From an uncultured Candidatus Bathyarchaeia archaeon (lineage in GTDB: Archaea > Thermoproteota > Bathyarchaeia > TCS64), in the NCBI GenBank assembly GCA_964587735.1, contig CAZPMB010000003.1:1-50774 (forward strand): 50,774 bases of DNA. Direction: 5' to 3'. Of the stretch, positions 36,412 through 45,643 are shown piece by piece (within the stretch, counting starts at the first letter, position 1; every line of letters begins with the position of its first letter). Both the position numbers and the translations under genes were made by a program. The notes under the pieces were generated by a model. It saw nothing but the letters and a program-made list of their open reading frames with translations. It had not been told where the DNA came from and searched no databases.

Positions 36412-37197
36412 TCACATCCTTAGTATGTCTATTAGAGAGGTGATCCTGCCAAGCCCGAGTAAAAAGCCAACGGCGATCAGCGCAAGGAATGCGAACTTGA
36501 TGATATCTTCGCCTTTGATGCTGCCCAACATGTGAGGGTCCTCGCTGATGGTTGCGCCCGCGGCGTACAGCTCCTCGCTGAGGAGCATGTAGTCGCATGT
36601 TGCAACCATGAAAGGCATCTGGTGGGTATTGGCGGTGCCCCCGATCTGGAAAGCCCCAATTGCGTTGCCGGCCTCGCCCATGATAACCGACTCGTAATAG
36701 AAGCCGCCGATCAGTATGTTCGAAGCCGGTCGCTGCCTCTGGAAGTAGCCGAGGGTCGCCGACAAGTACGGGGACTGCTCAGATTGGAAGTGGATCATGT
36801 CCAGATCAAACTCGTCCGGCTTCCCCTCGGCGAGGAAGGCCATTCTCATCGTTTCCTCGACCAGAGGAAGTGCGTCCTGAATAGGGACGAAGGCGTCCAA
36901 CCTGACACCCGATTTTATGCACTCCCTTAAGATGTATCCCATGATGCTTATCGATGCCAGCACCTGCGGTCCCTGAGTCGGATCGTTCAAGTTTCCAGCA
37001 ATGCCGGGAGTATAGTAGATGGGCTTACCCATCTCAGCAGCCCTTCCAACGGCCTCTGGTATGGCTGCCATAGCCGGTAGCGTCCTGACCTTTATCTTCA
37101 TTCCTCCCTTCCCCAGGTACATGAACAAGTAGAAGAGCGCGAAAGCGACAACCATGAGAACAAAAGCCATCAATCGTCCTGCAACTATTACTGCCAC
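36412..37197 (-). CDS. Cassette B subunit 1: DUF6754-like protein
   Basis: IPEAVGRAAEMGKP, CDYMLLSEELYAAGA. TM at both ends. Paralog of 45644-46429. Family name from recall. Confidence 0.82.
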   Translation of the reverse strand: MAVIVAGRLMAFVLMVVAFALFYLFMYLGKGGMKIKVRTLPAMAAIPEAVGRAAEMGKPIYYTPGIAGNLNDPTQGPQVLASISIMGYILRECIKSGVRLDAFVPIQDALPLVEETMRMAFLAEGKPDEFDLDMIHFQSEQSPYLSATLGYFQRQRPASNILIGGFYYESVIMGEAGNAIGAFQIGGTANTHQMPFMVATCDYMLLSEELYAAGATISEDPHMLGSIKGEDIIKFAFLALIAVGFLLGLGRITSLIDILRM

Positions 37198-37408
37198 TGT
37201 TTTTCCCTTCCTTTTTCCCGTCTATCACGCGGGCAAGCTCAATCCAAGCAGCAGCTCGAATCGTGGCTTCTTAGCCCGTCGATGAATAGACTAATTTCTC
37301 CTTTTTATTCTCTTCATTATATAACATTTCTCTGGAAAACACGCCAAAATCATTATAAAATGGCATTTTGCGGAAAGAATTAATCAATCATCTTTAATGT
37401 ATATGAGC

Positions 37409-37822
37409 TTATTCCCGTTCCTCTGAAGCGGGTCCCACTGCTTCCTTCTTACCGAACTTTGACTTGAGGGCGAGGTAAGCGCCGGCGACGCCACCGACCG
37501 CGAAGATGACCAGAACGACGACGGCGAAGCCGATTACGTTCTCGATGTTTGATGACAGCACGAAGAAGAGATTGAGCGCGCTGGCCGCGGCCGCAACCTT
37601 CAGGCCCACCGACAGGTGTTTGGACGACGCCCTCCTGCAGACGAGATAGGACGAGATTATTGCCCCCAGGAGGAAAGAGATGTACTCTGCGTCGGCAAGG
37701 ATCGCCGCCGGTGCCCAGGAGAGATAAGGCAGGGCCTGGTACCATATCCAGACGAATCCATTTGCGAGCATCGCCCCCGCCGCATAGTCGAACAGCGTGG
37801 GAACCCCGTCTTCCCTGCCCAA
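37409..37822 (-). CDS. 4-TM membrane protein, paralog 3
   Basis: DY.AGA.LAN..VW.W, VCRRASS.HL.VGLKVA, GG..GAYL. Confidence 0.8.
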   Translation of the reverse strand: MGREDGVPTLFDYAAGAMLANGFVWIWYQALPYLSWAPAAILADAEYISFLLGAIISSYLVCRRASSKHLSVGLKVAAAASALNLFFVLSSNIENVIGFAVVVLVIFAVGGVAGAYLALKSKFGKKEAVGPASEERE

Positions 37823-37994
37823 AGGATTTAGACCGGTCTCTATCTCATCGACTCTGTATAAGAACCTTACACGATTTCGCCTGCGCCCTCGTCAGGCAGA
37901 TGGCGAAGTCACTCAGCTTTTACAAGCCTTCACAGGCGGCTAATAGGCATTAACCTATTTCAACTACCATTGTTTTAATTTCCCTAACAGGCGT

Positions 37995-38042
37995 ATTTTG
38001 ATTGATCATCTATCAAAATTCCGCCGTTCTAATCCTTAGAAC
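37995..38042. promoter_or_regulatory. Two palindromes in a divergent promoter region
   Basis: ATTTTGATTGAT-C-ATCTATCAAAAT (37995-38019, one mismatch). GTTCTAA-TCC-TTAGAAC (38026-38042). Confidence 0.45.
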
Positions 38043-38119
38043 GATTCCATGGCTCAGTTGGACGCTTGTTCTAAAGCATGGTATAATTACCCGGGACCCA
38101 CACCCTTACTCAGACAAAA

Positions 38120-38926
38120 ATGAACTCGAAACAGCAGTACATCTCTGTGTTCGCGATCTGTGCGACCATCATCATAGCAACGGCGATGATAACATACAAA
38201 CCTCTGATACCACTTGAAGAAGAAGGAGACCTGTTCAAGTTCCCCGCAGGCATACCGCCCTCATTGAGCACGACGTCATCCGCGACAAGCGTCGGCGAAG
38301 ACCAGGTAAAGGCGATACACGTCTCGGGCTCGGGTAGCGCATCGGCGAAAGCCAACCAGGCGACGGTAACCCTTGGCGTCACCACCGAGGATCCCTCGGC
38401 ATCAGAGGCCGTCGAGGACAACGCGGCGCTGATGAGTTCGGTGATCCAGGCCATCAAGGCTCTCGGCATCTCCGAGGAGGACATCAAAACCGTCCAGTAC
38501 AGCGTGTACCCGAACTACAACTGGGAGCTTAGGCAGACAGTCGGCTACAGCGTCACCAACATGGTCGAGGTGAAGATTGTAAACCTCGACATTGTGGGCG
38601 ACGTCATAGACGCCGCGGCTGAGGCCGGTGCGAACAACATCCAGGGCATAGCATTCGGCCTGTCCGACGAGGTCGCTGAAGGGCTGAAGACCGAGGCGTA
38701 CGTGAAGGCCCTCACGGATGCGAGGGGCAAGGCGGACCTCATCGCCGAAACTCTGGGGCTTGAGATCACAGGCGTCCTATCGGTCAGCGAGAGCGTATAC
38801 TACCCCTACACGCCATACACGTCCTACAAGGGATACGCGGAATCGGTCTCAGCCGCGCCCACGCCGATCATCGAGGGCACCCTGAGCGTCTCTGTCAGCG
38901 TCCAAGTGTCCTTCACCTTCCAGTAG
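38120..38926 (+). CDS. SIMPL/DUF541 (BP26-like) domain protein with N-terminal anchor
   Basis: IHVSGSGSASAKAN.ATV.LGV, IKTVQYSVYP.Y, GYSVTNMVEV, GANNIQGI.F, A..DARGKA..IA. Confidence 0.9.
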   Translation: MNSKQQYISVFAICATIIIATAMITYKPLIPLEEEGDLFKFPAGIPPSLSTTSSATSVGEDQVKAIHVSGSGSASAKANQATVTLGVTTEDPSASEAVEDNAALMSSVIQAIKALGISEEDIKTVQYSVYPNYNWELRQTVGYSVTNMVEVKIVNLDIVGDVIDAAAEAGANNIQGIAFGLSDEVAEGLKTEAYVKALTDARGKADLIAETLGLEITGVLSVSESVYYPYTPYTSYKGYAESVSAAPTPIIEGTLSVSVSVQVSFTFQ

Positions 38927-39066
38927 ATCGCGACCACAACAACTCTCTTTTTTCTATCTGACTCGAAATCTAGGCAGAACTGGGTTAACCAGTGTAACAC
39001 TCGCTTCATGGGTATCAAAAAGGAGAATTCGCACGACGATGAAAAATAGGGGATTTGAGGAGAGAG

Positions 39067-40224
39067 TTACTCCTCAATTATCTCCACATTGGCCCTAGGC
39101 ACCGTAACCACGGTGCCGTCCTCGAGCTCCACGTCGAGGACCCTGACGAAGGACTCCGACTCGAGCTGCTGGAGCTCAACCGGAAGGCTGGCCACTTTGC
39201 CTATTGCCCCGAAGTAGGGCTTCCTGATGATGCGGACCGGCGTGCCGGCGACCATGCCCCCGGCAAGTTCCTCCTCGGAGCCCTTCGGTGAGGCCTCCTG
39301 GTGGGGGATGATTATCTCGGGCCTGAGGACGCCCGCCCTGATCTGCGTTGCACCGTTGACCGAGGCGTAGTACCCGTCGAAGCTCTTGAGGAGGCTGAAC
39401 GTCGTCTCGGACATCTTCATCTTGCCGAAGCCCTCCGTGATGATGATGGTGATCCCCACCTCCTCCTCTCCAGTAATTGCGACCCCTATCTCAGTGCCTA
39501 TGAAGGAGGTCAGGTCGCTGTGGCGTATGCCCCCGGCTACGATGCACGAGACGCCGACCTCTACGGCCCTCCTCAGGGCCTCCATTGTGACCATCGATCC
39601 GCCCACGAGCACGGCTCCTTTGTCGTCGGGTTTGATTTGGTCCACCGTTAGCTCGTCGTCGGGGGACGCGACGGCCACCCTAATCTTGCCGTAGCTCTCG
39701 CCGCCGATGCCGAAGATGCCCTGGACGAAAGCGGCGTTTGTCCCGACGATGGCGCCTTCCCTGGGCATCACTTCGACGACCTTGCCGGGGATGTACGAGT
39801 CTATCTCCACGGGCACGGGCTTGCCCCTGACGATGAGCTGCCCCGTTATGTCCGATATGGCCTCGATGGTTCCGGCCACGGGGGATGTCACCTGCTTCTT
39901 TATGAGGCCGAAGAGGGCCGTGAAGTAGGCTATCATCTCGCCCTCATCGACGGGATCCCCCACCTTCTTCTTCATGTAGCGGTAAAGGTCATCCGGCTCG
40001 ACGCCGAGGAGCATGGCTGCCTTCACGATCTCCGGGTCTCCGCTTATCTCGGTCCTGGCCGTGACGGTTTCGTGCTCGACGACTTCGCCGACCTTTACAA
40101 GCACCTCTCCGAGGATCGGTAGCCTACGCGTTTTCAAGACCGACATGACACGCTTAACCTTCAGGCCCGGGGTGTATGCGTGTGCCTCGGTTGAGGATTT
40201 CTTGTCCCCTTTCTTCTTGCTCAT
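39067..40224 (-). CDS. GlmL-associated hypothetical protein with barrel-sandwich-hybrid-like repeats
   Basis: AYTPG; GEVLVKVGEVV; KKVGDPVDEGEMIA...SPVAGTI; QGIFGIGGE; GGSMVTMEAL...IVAGG; C-terminal VRIIRKPYFGAIGKV..LP...VPRANVE. ATG 40224 starts 2 nt after the glmL-like stop. Confidence 0.85.
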   Translation of the reverse strand: MSKKKGDKKSSTEAHAYTPGLKVKRVMSVLKTRRLPILGEVLVKVGEVVEHETVTARTEISGDPEIVKAAMLLGVEPDDLYRYMKKKVGDPVDEGEMIAYFTALFGLIKKQVTSPVAGTIEAISDITGQLIVRGKPVPVEIDSYIPGKVVEVMPREGAIVGTNAAFVQGIFGIGGESYGKIRVAVASPDDELTVDQIKPDDKGAVLVGGSMVTMEALRRAVEVGVSCIVAGGIRHSDLTSFIGTEIGVAITGEEEVGITIIITEGFGKMKMSETTFSLLKSFDGYYASVNGATQIRAGVLRPEIIIPHQEASPKGSEEELAGGMVAGTPVRIIRKPYFGAIGKVASLPVELQQLESESFVRVLDVELEDGTVVTVPRANVEIIEE

Positions 40225-40225
40225 C

Positions 40226-42061
40226 TCATACAAGCTCCTTCAGTTTGTCTATTGGGTAAAGGTCCAGGCTCTTGAACCAGTTAAACAACAGCTCCTTCCG
40301 CTGGCTCAGTTCCTCAGGCATTCTAAGTGGGCGACCCCTTCCGTCCAGCAGTACTCCCGCCACTCCGCCCATGATTTTTGCCTTGGTGGCTTTTCCGGGC
40401 CCCTCACCCACGTCGAAGTTCTTGGCAGGCGTGATCAGTGCCTCGGCGTCAACCCTCTCGGCCAGTGGTATGCGCTTGATCTCGCCGAAGTTGATCTTCT
40501 CCTCAATCGTCTTCCCGTCCGGCATATCGAGCTTTACTGTCATCGCGGGCTCTCCTGGGTTCGTTGTCCCAGCGGCCGCTATGCATGTACCCATCCTGAC
40601 TAGGCAGTCCTTGTCGAATATGTTCCACGCCGCATCCCTGTAGACCGTCGAGAGGACTCCGAGGTGGGGCATCATGAAGACGCTGTCCTGGAACATCTTG
40701 GTCACCCCCTCGGGCTGCCAGGCATCGGTCAGGATGAACATCGGCTGGACCCGCCTCGGCGCGTGGCTGAGGAGCCCCCCAGTCCCGGCGATGATGTCTA
40801 TGGCCATCATCTTTATGTAGGTTTCCTCGATGGCCTGGTCGAACATGTCGGCGATAGTCCTCTGCACCTGGATCCCCTTCAGCCTCGTCGCGATGGTCTT
40901 ATGGTGCTCCAACCCCAGCCTGAGGGCCTCCCGCGCCACGGAGTGCTCTACTATCAGGTCCTCGAGGGTCTGGGGGATGGTCGTCGGCCTGATCATCTTG
41001 TTCATCAGCCTGCTAGAAACCTCCTCCTCGTCGACGTCGAAGGGTATCCACCTCATTATGTTCCTGATACCCGCCTCCTTCATCACGTTGGTCACGCTGT
41101 AGCTCATCCCGAGGTTCGCGCTGACGCTCCTGACGAACCGGCCATCCACAACCGAGTAGACGTTCGTCGTAGCGCCGCCCAGGCCCACTCCCATGACGTT
41201 CTCCTTGTAGGTGCTGGCGATCAGCTGCATCGCCATTCCCTCCCCCGCCGGAGTGGGCATGATGGGCGTGTCGGTCCATTTCATCAGCTTCGTGTAGCCG
41301 GGCGCGTGGCTCATGACGTGCTCCATGAAGAGCTCGTGGACCGCCCGGCGGGCCGGCTCCGTGTTCTCGATCTCAAGCACCGGTCGTAGGTTATCGACTA
41401 TGTCCAGGGCGAACTCCCCGCCTATCAGTTTCTCGACCTGGGGCCTCAGTGACTTGTTCCCGGCGTAGACGATGGGGAGCTTGTACGCAGCCCCGAGCCG
41501 TGGCCTTGGCTCCGCGGCCTTGAGTAGCTCCACGAGCTCGATTACGTGCTCCGTCGCGCCCCCATCGGTCCCCCCCGCCAGGAGGATCATATCCGGCCTG
41601 AGGCTCCGGATCCTCTTTATCTTCTGGTAGGTCTGGCGCCCGTCGTCGCGCGCGATGACGTCCATGACGATGGCGCCCGCCCCGAGGGCGGCCCTGTTCG
41701 CGCTCTCGGCGGTCATAGCCTTGATGAGGCCCGCCACCATCATCTGGAGTCCACCTCCCGCGCTGCTCGTCGTGCAGTACAGGTCAACACCCATCTTCCC
41801 GTCGTAGGGGACGACGATCCCGCCACCGTCCGGGGAGAGGATCTTGTGACCCGTCAGCTCCTCGACCTCCCTGACGGCGTTCTGGACCCCCATGGTCACG
41901 TCCTCGTAGGGCGCCTCAACGGTAGTCGGTGATTCTCCAGCCACGAGGAAGCGCCACTCGCCTTCCCTCTTGTGGAAGAAACGGGCCTTCGTCGTCGTGC
42001 TCCCGACGTCGGTCGCCAGTATGTACTGCATCTCCTCAGTTGGCTTCCTGAGAGCGGCCAA
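40226..42061 (-). CDS. GlmL/MutL (glutamate mutase L)-family ASKHA-fold protein, C-terminally extended
   Basis: Phosphate-1 ATDVGSTTTKA; CTTSSAGGGLQM; PDMILLAGGTDGG; MPTP; phosphate-2 GVGLGGATTNV; RSVSANLGMSYS; adenosine-like AGTGGLLSHAP. Confidence 0.88.
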   Translation of the reverse strand: MAALRKPTEEMQYILATDVGSTTTKARFFHKREGEWRFLVAGESPTTVEAPYEDVTMGVQNAVREVEELTGHKILSPDGGGIVVPYDGKMGVDLYCTTSSAGGGLQMMVAGLIKAMTAESANRAALGAGAIVMDVIARDDGRQTYQKIKRIRSLRPDMILLAGGTDGGATEHVIELVELLKAAEPRPRLGAAYKLPIVYAGNKSLRPQVEKLIGGEFALDIVDNLRPVLEIENTEPARRAVHELFMEHVMSHAPGYTKLMKWTDTPIMPTPAGEGMAMQLIASTYKENVMGVGLGGATTNVYSVVDGRFVRSVSANLGMSYSVTNVMKEAGIRNIMRWIPFDVDEEEVSSRLMNKMIRPTTIPQTLEDLIVEHSVAREALRLGLEHHKTIATRLKGIQVQRTIADMFDQAIEETYIKMMAIDIIAGTGGLLSHAPRRVQPMFILTDAWQPEGVTKMFQDSVFMMPHLGVLSTVYRDAAWNIFDKDCLVRMGTCIAAAGTTNPGEPAMTVKLDMPDGKTIEEKINFGEIKRIPLAERVDAEALITPAKNFDVGEGPGKATKAKIMGGVAGVLLDGRGRPLRMPEELSQRKELLFNWFKSLDLYPIDKLKELV

Positions 42062-42169
42062 TTCGATTCCCTAAAGGTTTTACATAGATCAGTCTTAAAG
42101 TTTTCCTAAAGCTTCCGACGAGTTTTCTCTGAAACTTTCAGGGGTCTCGGTTATGGGCTAAACCTCTAA

Positions 42170-42568
42170 TCAAAAGGGGAGGAACCGCCTCCAACCCCTC
42201 TTCGCTGGCGCTACCTCGCCCCCCTCTGGCCCTGCCCCCTTTGTGGGCTGCTCTGTCTTCTTCTCTTTCTCCCTCTTCTTGTCTTCCTCTGTCATCTTTT
42301 CCAGCATTGATATGAGCTTCTCGACGTTGTCGTGCTTCTCGAATACCTGAAGCAACTTCTCGCCCCCCATCTCGATCTTCTCCCCTAGGGCCGGAAGGAA
42401 CGGGGCGAGGAAGAAGCGGCCCATCTGCGTCCCTATGAAGCTCAGGGGCTTGACGGTCTCTAGGAACAGGATGCCGACGACGTCCATCCCCGTCTTATGG
42501 ATCGTCTCGGCCACCTTCCTGATGTACGCCTCCTCCTCTTCGGGGGTGAGATTTATCTCCCTGAACAA
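42170..42568 (-). CDS. Small hypothetical protein upstream of the glmL-like gene
   Basis: ILFLETVKPLSFIGTQMGRFFLAPF amphipathic core, charged tail, coding-like composition. Confidence 0.78.
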   Translation of the reverse strand: MFREINLTPEEEEAYIRKVAETIHKTGMDVVGILFLETVKPLSFIGTQMGRFFLAPFLPALGEKIEMGGEKLLQVFEKHDNVEKLISMLEKMTEEDKKREKEKKTEQPTKGAGPEGGEVAPAKRGWRRFLPF

Positions 42569-42604
42569 ACTGGGCCCCTTGCCTACACCGAAAGCTGAGT
42601 AACC

Positions 42605-43054
42605 TTAAGGGCCCCCGGATTTAAAATCTTCCTCGCCCTCATTCGGTTTTCCCTTCGCAGAGGTTCTCCCCTTGAGCATGGCCCTTATCGTCAGATAGGC
42701 CCCGCAAAATCCCCCCGCCGGGAAGCACACGAGCAGGATGATGACCAGGCCCAAGGAGAACTCCTCGAGGATGGGGAGAACGATGAAGGGCGAGACGACC
42801 AAGGCCAGGGCGGCGACCTTGAGTCCAACAACCAGGTGATCCGACGATGCCCTCCTGCACACCTGATAGGAAGCCAAAGTCCCGCTTAGGAAGCACACGA
42901 TGCTCGTCGCCAGAGAGAGGAGGCCGGGAGGCAAACCGGAAAGGACGTCGCTGAAATAGCCCATCGCCTGCAGCCAAACCCACACGAGGCAATTCGCCAG
43001 TACCGCCCCGGCCATGTAGTCCGTCTTGCTGGGCTTCCTGTCCTTATCCGCCAA
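42605..43054 (-). CDS. 4-TM membrane protein, paralog 2
   Basis: DYMAGAVLAN..VW.W, VCRRASSDHLVVGLKVA, GGFCGAYL. Confidence 0.8.
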   Translation of the reverse strand: MADKDRKPSKTDYMAGAVLANCLVWVWLQAMGYFSDVLSGLPPGLLSLATSIVCFLSGTLASYQVCRRASSDHLVVGLKVAALALVVSPFIVLPILEEFSLGLVIILLVCFPAGGFCGAYLTIRAMLKGRTSAKGKPNEGEEDFKSGGP

Positions 43055-43377
43055 GGCTCAATCAACCTCCGAAACTTATAATCTAGGGAATACGACTTTT
43101 ACATCTCTTAATCACTCGTCCTTATTTATCTCATGCGGATAGTGTCGAGAATCGTCTCTGAGCGGTTTTCATGGCAGAGAAATCAAGTAGATCTCGAGCC
43201 GAAAGCCTTGCCCACGTCTTGAAGCGTCCCAAACTAAACTCGATAAACATTAGCTCTTATGCCCCATTTGTTGCACTGATCGGTAATGGCCCTCTCCTCA
43301 TGTCTTTGCCTCGGCCATTTGGCAAACTGTCTGGTTTTTGAGGATGTAAAAAAGGGGATTAGAATTTATTTCGGTAT

Positions 43378-44097
43378 TTATCCTGGTTGTATTGGTTTAG
43401 GCCAGGGTCGTTTCTCGGCCGGAATCATAGCGTATACTAGCAGTATCAGGACGACCGGGAATGTGATCATTGCCCCTGGGAGGGGCAGCCATTGGCTCAT
43501 GATGAAGTCGAGTCTTCCGAAGATCATGTTGAACCTGGAGAGGATCGTGTTGGCGAAGGAGTAGCCGAATGCGGCCATCATCCCGTACCTGGCGAATCTT
43601 GATATTATCCCGAGGTTTCCGCCGTGCATGCCCGGGAAAGTGAATATGAAGAAGTACACGACCGTCAGCACCAGTACTATGAAGAGTATATTGCTGAAGC
43701 CGGTCCAGGCGTCGACCCCAAGCACCTTGATCTTGGCCGTTGAGCTGATTTGAGCAATGAACTCGGCCGTCACGGCGGCTCTCATCGAGAGGCCGATGCC
43801 GATGCCGACCATTATCGCTATGGGGTACCTGCTCATCCAGAAGTATTTGGAATATCTGGTGTAGAGGAGGAATCCGAGCAGGAAAACAACGGCGTAGACG
43901 AAAGCCCCCCTTGCGAAGGGCGTCCAGCCACATCGTATCACGTTGTCGACGCCCATAACGATCTCGTGACCTGCGGCGGCTCCGACGAACGTGTGTTCCG
44001 CGAACTTGAAAAAGGGATTGTCTCTGAAGGCTATACTGTATACCCAGATTGTGAACAGGGCCGCGGCCCATATCTGGAAGACCGTGTTAAAGTCCAT
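43378..44097 (-). CDS. Cassette A subunit 4: multi-TM hypothetical protein
   Basis: FAEH, SRYPIAIMVG, FANTIL.R. Start at ATG 44097 (MDFNTVFQIW), just after the preceding stop at 44102. Confidence 0.85.
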   Translation of the reverse strand: MDFNTVFQIWAAALFTIWVYSIAFRDNPFFKFAEHTFVGAAAGHEIVMGVDNVIRCGWTPFARGAFVYAVVFLLGFLLYTRYSKYFWMSRYPIAIMVGIGIGLSMRAAVTAEFIAQISSTAKIKVLGVDAWTGFSNILFIVLVLTVVYFFIFTFPGMHGGNLGIISRFARYGMMAAFGYSFANTILSRFNMIFGRLDFIMSQWLPLPGAMITFPVVLILLVYAMIPAEKRPWPKPIQPG

Positions 44098-44101
44098 CCA
44101 C

Positions 44102-44950
44102 TCATCCCTTCCTCGAGGCCTTGCTCGCATAGTAGGCGATGTTACCGAGCACGACGTAGGCGAGCACCAGGATGTGCGTGGTCGTTATGACGTCGGCCGA
44201 TTTTATTCCCCGTGCCGGCTTCCCGACGAGTGATTCCATCTGGCCCGAAGTGGCCCCCGCCAACAACGCGACGATCTGCCCCGCGTTTCGATACGGAAGC
44301 ATCGTGGGCACCATCATGGCTAAAGTGGAGCAGAGGTAGGGCACCTGATAGGGCGTGTACCACTGCCTCACCCACCCCTCCGACTGGTCGCCGCCCGTCG
44401 TGTAAACGATCAGCGTATCGAAGCTTGAGGCGTCCGTGATCCCCTCCATAATGGGGAACTGATCGAGCGAGACCCCCTTGTAGTCGGTGGACGTCGTCGC
44501 CCTCAGGTCCTTTCCAACGGCCGCCATCGCCGTCTCTGTACCGGTTATGAAGCCGATGTGAATGTAATCCACACCGTACTGTGCACCATACTGCCCAGGG
44601 TTAACCTCCGCCATGGCCTTCTCCCAGAGAAGCGGGCCCTCTGTCGACGTCGACATCGCTATCGCCTTGAGCCCGCCCCTCCTGAACATGTGATGGTACA
44701 CAGCCACAGCCATCGGCCCGAGCTCGGGCTCCCCGCCGCCCGAGTATCCGAAGTCTATCATGATCACCGATCCATCTGGAAGGTTCTCTATCCAGTTGTA
44801 CCACCTCTTCGACTCGTCCGATATTGGTATGGGGAAGCCTATCGGCCTCACCATGGGTATGATGAACGCTATCAGCAGTAGGCCGTACAGTATCTCCCTT
44901 GGGACGTTCTCGAGCCTGCTCCAGATCCCCTTCTGCTCACTGCCGCCCAT
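44102..44950 (-). CDS. Cassette A subunit 3: TM-anchored alpha/beta domain protein
   Basis: RPIGFPI, IDFGYS, YGVDYIHIGF, VRQWY, C-terminal TM. Confidence 0.85.
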   Translation of the reverse strand: MGGSEQKGIWSRLENVPREILYGLLLIAFIIPMVRPIGFPIPISDESKRWYNWIENLPDGSVIMIDFGYSGGGEPELGPMAVAVYHHMFRRGGLKAIAMSTSTEGPLLWEKAMAEVNPGQYGAQYGVDYIHIGFITGTETAMAAVGKDLRATTSTDYKGVSLDQFPIMEGITDASSFDTLIVYTTGGDQSEGWVRQWYTPYQVPYLCSTLAMMVPTMLPYRNAGQIVALLAGATSGQMESLVGKPARGIKSADVITTTHILVLAYVVLGNIAYYASKASRKG

Positions 44951-44952
44951 CT

Positions 44953-45633
44953 TCAGCCCCCCTTCTCGGCCTCGGTCAACCTGCCGAGGAACCCTGTCTC
45001 CCTACCGATCATCGTGCGTATGCCAAGGGCGATTGCCCCCAGGGCCGCGCCGATCATGATCCCCCTCTGCGCCGAGGTCGTCGGTATTGCGCTGATCCAT
45101 GCCTCCATGTTTATGACGATCGGCGCAGCAACGGCTATCGCGGGGGCGTTTCTCATGATGGCTATCGCCCCGACTATTAGAAGAAGCATCGATTCGAGAT
45201 TTCTCGCCCTCAAGGCACGATATATGCCAGATGTCATATAGAATCCCAAGGATGAGTAGACGGTTGCGCTGAGCGCGAAGTACGAGGAATTGTAAAGCCA
45301 CGAGTAGGTACTTGAAGTTGCCCCGTATCTGATGCCGGTAACGGCGAAGATAATGATAATGAGGAGAAGCCAGATGCTGAACGGCCATTGTCCCTTGGTG
45401 CGCCGGGAGATGTGCCGTGTGTGAAGGTAGGAGAGGTTTACGGCGCCGAATCCGAGAGCGAACGCAGCTAGTACGATCCCCCAGTTCTGTATGTCCGTGA
45501 CGAGAGAGCTCGTCCAGCTCTTTTTCGTCACCGCGTCGATCGGCGGTAGCTGAAGGAAATAGTCGGCCATTATGATCAGCGCCGTGACGAAGACGATGAG
45601 AATCGGGATCTGCCTTCTGACCATTAGAGACAT
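44953..45633 (-). CDS. Cassette A subunit 2: multi-TM hypothetical protein
   Basis: GFYMTSGIYRALRARN, NAP, IGRETG. Confidence 0.85.
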   Translation of the reverse strand: MSLMVRRQIPILIVFVTALIIMADYFLQLPPIDAVTKKSWTSSLVTDIQNWGIVLAAFALGFGAVNLSYLHTRHISRRTKGQWPFSIWLLLIIIIFAVTGIRYGATSSTYSWLYNSSYFALSATVYSSLGFYMTSGIYRALRARNLESMLLLIVGAIAIMRNAPAIAVAAPIVINMEAWISAIPTTSAQRGIMIGAALGAIALGIRTMIGRETGFLGRLTEAEKGG

Positions 45634-45643
45634 ATTCTTTCAC

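Noticed and set aside
40226-42061. Calling the locus a glutamate or lysine/ornithine mutase operon, or DNA-repair MutL
   Set aside because: No B12-binding or mutase catalytic subunit in the window. The protein is ASKHA-fold, not GHKL-type MutL.
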